From Octopus bimaculoides (taxonomy: Eukaryota): a stretch of 64,000 bases of DNA. The position numbers and the translations under genes are program-made. The DNA is taken from NCBI RefSeq assembly GCF_001194135.2, contig NC_068983.1, forward strand, positions 105,798,788-105,862,787, in the 5' to 3' direction. The notes beneath the pieces are model-generated. The model worked only from the letters and a program-made list of their open reading frames with translations, was not told where the DNA came from and did not search any database. Below are positions 60,290 through 64,000 of the stretch, in pieces; within the stretch, counting starts at the first letter, position 1; each line of letters starts with the position of its first letter.

Positions 60290-62000
60290 CAACGAAAGGT
60301 GATGCATGTGCATAGTAATTTCTACTCTTCCTGCCACCCGCCTCCCTCTTCTGGATATCGGCGACAATGACTTTCAGTTACTCTGGTTCAAAATCTTTCC
60401 TACATCTGTTTCTTCTACTGCTCTCAGAACTCCTTGAACCACTACCAATTCTTTAATCATTTCTCGTATTTCTGTATCTAGGTCATCTATTACACTTTAC
60501 TGTTCGTTGATGTTATCGTCCTCAGTAACTTCAATGCTCGTAAATTTTCTTGGTCATTGGACCTCTCCTAAAGTGATGCTCCGGTCTAGAAACCGAATCT
60601 TTTACCATCTCTAACTCTCTACGTTAACTACTTTCGTCACTTACACGCATCTTTGACGAACACAAGGACACTCAGGTATTCCAAACATCTTTGGTTTCTT
60701 TCTCACCTCTAAACTCAATGCATATCAAACCATAACTGTTTGTGCACCAATTTGATTTTCCGATCACTGCCTTATCATTACTATCTATCACACATCCACA
60801 TACTACACAATGCTCTCTCACGTCCCGAGCCCTCGGCACTTCGAGTCAGCTGATTGGTTGGTTGGGTGGGGTCTACGAGTTCTGCGTTAACTCTCCCTGT
60901 CAGCATATGTGCTTCGTCCTTGATGCATCGGTAACTGCTAAGCAGATGACTAAAATCCCTCCGAATTCCTCTTATTACAAAAGTTCGCAACATCAATTGG
61001 TTCACAATTAGCTTCACTGCAACAGCTCAGGTGAGAAACTTGGCCTACAATATTTTGCGGTTATCACTTACTCCTACAAAGTGGACAGTTCTTACCAAGT
61101 ACCATAATTCTTGAAAGACCATCATACGAACTGAGAAGAATGCTTCCACGCATCGTACTGCACCAAGCTTCCACATCTCTTTTCCTTTCCTTCATTTTCC
61201 AACCATGGTGATTCTGTGAACAGTGCTTTTGCAGAAGAAAGCTTCCATATCCGCTGCTCACATTGTATCCAACACCATACTAAATACACTAAATATATCT
61301 CCTAAACTATCCCATTTCACTGCAGTGGGCTCACCAGCATGCATACATGCAAGTCAAGTGCAAAAGTACCTCATGTCCTTTCAAGCCAATATGGCCACAT
61401 GTCCCGACTGTGTCCCTTCTATTACTCACAAACAATGTACTCCACTTATACACACCAAACTCTTTAATCTCTTTTTCTGCAGGGATATATACTGACTTTT
61501 GGAAACGTGTCACAGTGTCTCACTCCGCAAAAGGGGTGACCCCTCTGACCCGCTCAACTAGCATCCTATCACGCTTCCAATATGTCAAAGGAGATAGCCA
61601 TTAACAACTGCCTTTTTCAAAATCTTGAATTTCTTTGCTTCTTTAGTGATCACCAGTGTAGCTTTCATTAAGCCTACAGAAGATCGACTCTCCTAAGTTA
61701 GTTACCAATGGGCTCTTTTCCGAGAGAATTTTGGTGAATGCAGTATTGTTGACCTCGATATTAGCAAGGCTTTCAACAGTCTGGAAGGCGAATCTTCTGT
61801 CAAAACTGCTCGCCAAAGAGCCTCGTCTTTGTCCCATTCCGTATCATCGCACTATCATTGCGTGTGCTGATACAACCCTCTTTGGTCCATAGTCTGTCAA
61901 ATAGATGTGCCCCAGGTTTCAGTTATCTCCCTATACATTCTTCTTTCTATATAACAACAACTCCCAACAACCCACATTATTATACATACGATACTATCTT
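60290..62000 (+). mobile_element. Heavily decayed CR1/L2-type LINE (APE remnant plus RT)
   Basis: DVIVLSNFNAR (APE GDFN-like), KGDPSDPLN, VDLDISKAFN. Confidence 0.75.
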
Positions 62001-62127
62001 TCATTCCTCCTTAATTTTCTTTATTCGAGTTTCATTTATATGCAGTGTAAATACTTCATACTCAATCTGCACCGATTCTATAAACATTGGTACATGTGGC
62101 CGTACCAATCTTATCTCTTTCAACTAC

Positions 62128-62206
<79 letters not shown>

Positions 62207-63079
62207 GTCTTCAATTGAATTTGTCTCATTCAGAATGTTATCTAAATTTTTCTAATTCCCTAAAGAGGTGTCTGTAGGGTTAAAATTAACATATTTTTGG
62301 TTTTTAAATTTTATATATATTTTATGTATTGAAACTTTTTAAAAACCTTGTGACTCGAGTCTATTTAATTGACTTCTACAGTCAAATTTATGACCTTGTA
62401 CTTGAAATCTTATGTATTTAGTTTTTGTATTTGTGTTGTAAGATTCGTGATATAAAACCCTGTGTTGAGATAGATACTATTATATGGAAATTCTGTCACT
62501 AAAAACGCTCGCATTGATTGTAGCTTCTTTCATTATTAATTAATTAATTAATTAATTAATTAATTAATTAACTAATTATCAATAGAGAAATGAACTACAA
62601 TTAGAATGCTTTATTGGCAGTCTTACCCACCAAAAGTGCAACAAAATCTGATATAACATTCTACATAAATGATATCATAAGTGGAACTCTAAGCTTCTTC
62701 ATTGCAGCCTCCTAGAAACCTGCTGCTAAGGTGTGAATCACAATATCATATTTAGCACGTTTTCCAGCTCTATCACTTTGACTGAAATTTTAGCTGGCAG
62801 TTCGCAGCTTCAATCTATTTTCTGTAAGCCAACATTGAAACCACCAACATCACCGCTGCCGTCAGGTACAATACTACACATATCATTACATCTCACACCT
62901 CTAGAGCTGCAACCATCATTAATGCTTCTGTCCTCACTTACAACTATCATGACAAAAACTTTAAACCAATGAAGCAGCCGGGTGGGATGGGTGGGTGAGA
63001 TGCTCTAAGTGGTTGCTAGACCTCCCTGAAATAACAGCATGATATTCCTCAAATCAAATGCAACTATCTTAATGATCGG

Positions 63080-63291
63080 GCGGTGAAGAAGAATCCAGCG
63101 CGGCACTCCAAAGAAGACATGGGCGAAACGAATTGAGGAAGGCCTGAAGTCATAGCGTCACGAACTCGAGCATGTTAAGGCCAGCGCCATAGATAGGTAA
63201 GTGTCATTAAGCGGTATCCATAGCAACGTACTGGTTGAGAGGACAGCTTCCCTTTCCGGCCGCCAGCTAGGGATTAAAGAAGAAGAAGCAT

Positions 63292-63322
<31 letters not shown>
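63080..63322 (+). mobile_element. RTE-type LINE 3' end with (GAA)/(CAA) tail
   Basis: GTPKKTWAKRIEEGLK resembles RTE GRPKKTW...IEEDLK. Confidence 0.65.
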
Positions 63323-63586
63323 GACAGCAATTACCCAGTGAAATAAACTACCACCAGCAAGCTAGATAACTAACGCATTACACACTCAACACAATACAAG
63401 CAGTAATAGAACAAAAGACTGTACCACACCTCAAGAGAAAAAAACCCCAAAAAACTAACACAAAGCAATACCGGAAAGAGTTTGCATATTCCTCCAAACA
63501 GAAAAGAATACACAATGCTGCACGCACCCCAGCAACACGGAGGTGTAGCAGGTGATGCAGTAGCAATTTGCCTCACACTACCAAAT

Positions 63587-63766
<180 letters not shown>

Positions 63767-63882
63767 CATGAAAATTCAAAATTTCAGAAACCAAACGTAA
63801 ACTATGAACGTGAGTAACCAGCGTCCATACGTTGATGGAATGACATCATCAGTTTTTGTCAGTTTATTAAAAAACCTTTTGG

Positions 63883-63927
63883 TTTGAACTTGAGAAAGAC
63901 AGACGTTCTGTCGAAATATTGTTCAAA
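63883..63927 (+). ncRNA. Candidate minimal type I hammerhead ribozyme (U3-A8 core variant) in a Penelope-like terminus
   Basis: UUUGAAC-UUGAGAA-A-GACAG(ACGUU)CUGUC-GAAAU-AUU-GUUCAAA: 7-bp stem I, 5-bp stem II, palindromic AAUAUU stem III; followed by AATAAA and (TAA)n. Confidence 0.65.
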
Positions 63928-64000
63928 AAATAAAACATCTAAAATCGCTCTCTTCGTCTTAATAATAATAATAATAATAATAATAATAGAGTCCAAATTA

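Overview
AT-rich, repeat-dense metazoan genomic DNA with several N gaps. The SINE, RTE and mariner repertoire suggests an octopod cephalopod (inference). Two protein-coding genes lie head-to-head. (1) ILKAP (PP2C-type phosphatase) on the minus strand: three 5' coding exons (8495-8525, 3033-3179, 1291-1408), beginning MDLFGDLPEP, with the gene continuing off the left edge. (2) A complete 14-coding-exon CDK5RAP3/C53/LZAP gene on the plus strand (ATG 15710, TGA 41050; 1533 nt, 510 aa by manual splicing, all GT-AG with consistent phases). The rest is mostly transposon-derived: mariner/Tc1 relics (one full-length with TIRs), CR1/L2-type and RTE LINE fragments, a CRE-like RLE fragment, several SINE families, and piggyBac-, hAT- and Tc1-type MITEs. 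The most striking non-annotated signals are (a) minimal Penelope-type hammerhead-ribozyme folds in apparently distinct repeat families, including one carried at the 3' end of a tRNA-headed SINE and one with a U3-A8 compensated core; (b) a PHD finger inserted inside an RTE reverse transcriptase; (c) inverted repeats flanking a frame-preserving 261-nt exon block encoding the CDK5RAP3 UFM1/ATG8-binding region; and (d) a candidate poison exon and an overlapping alternative ORF at the ILKAP 5' end. All work was done by eye; repeat boundaries are approximate unless TSDs or TIRs are given.
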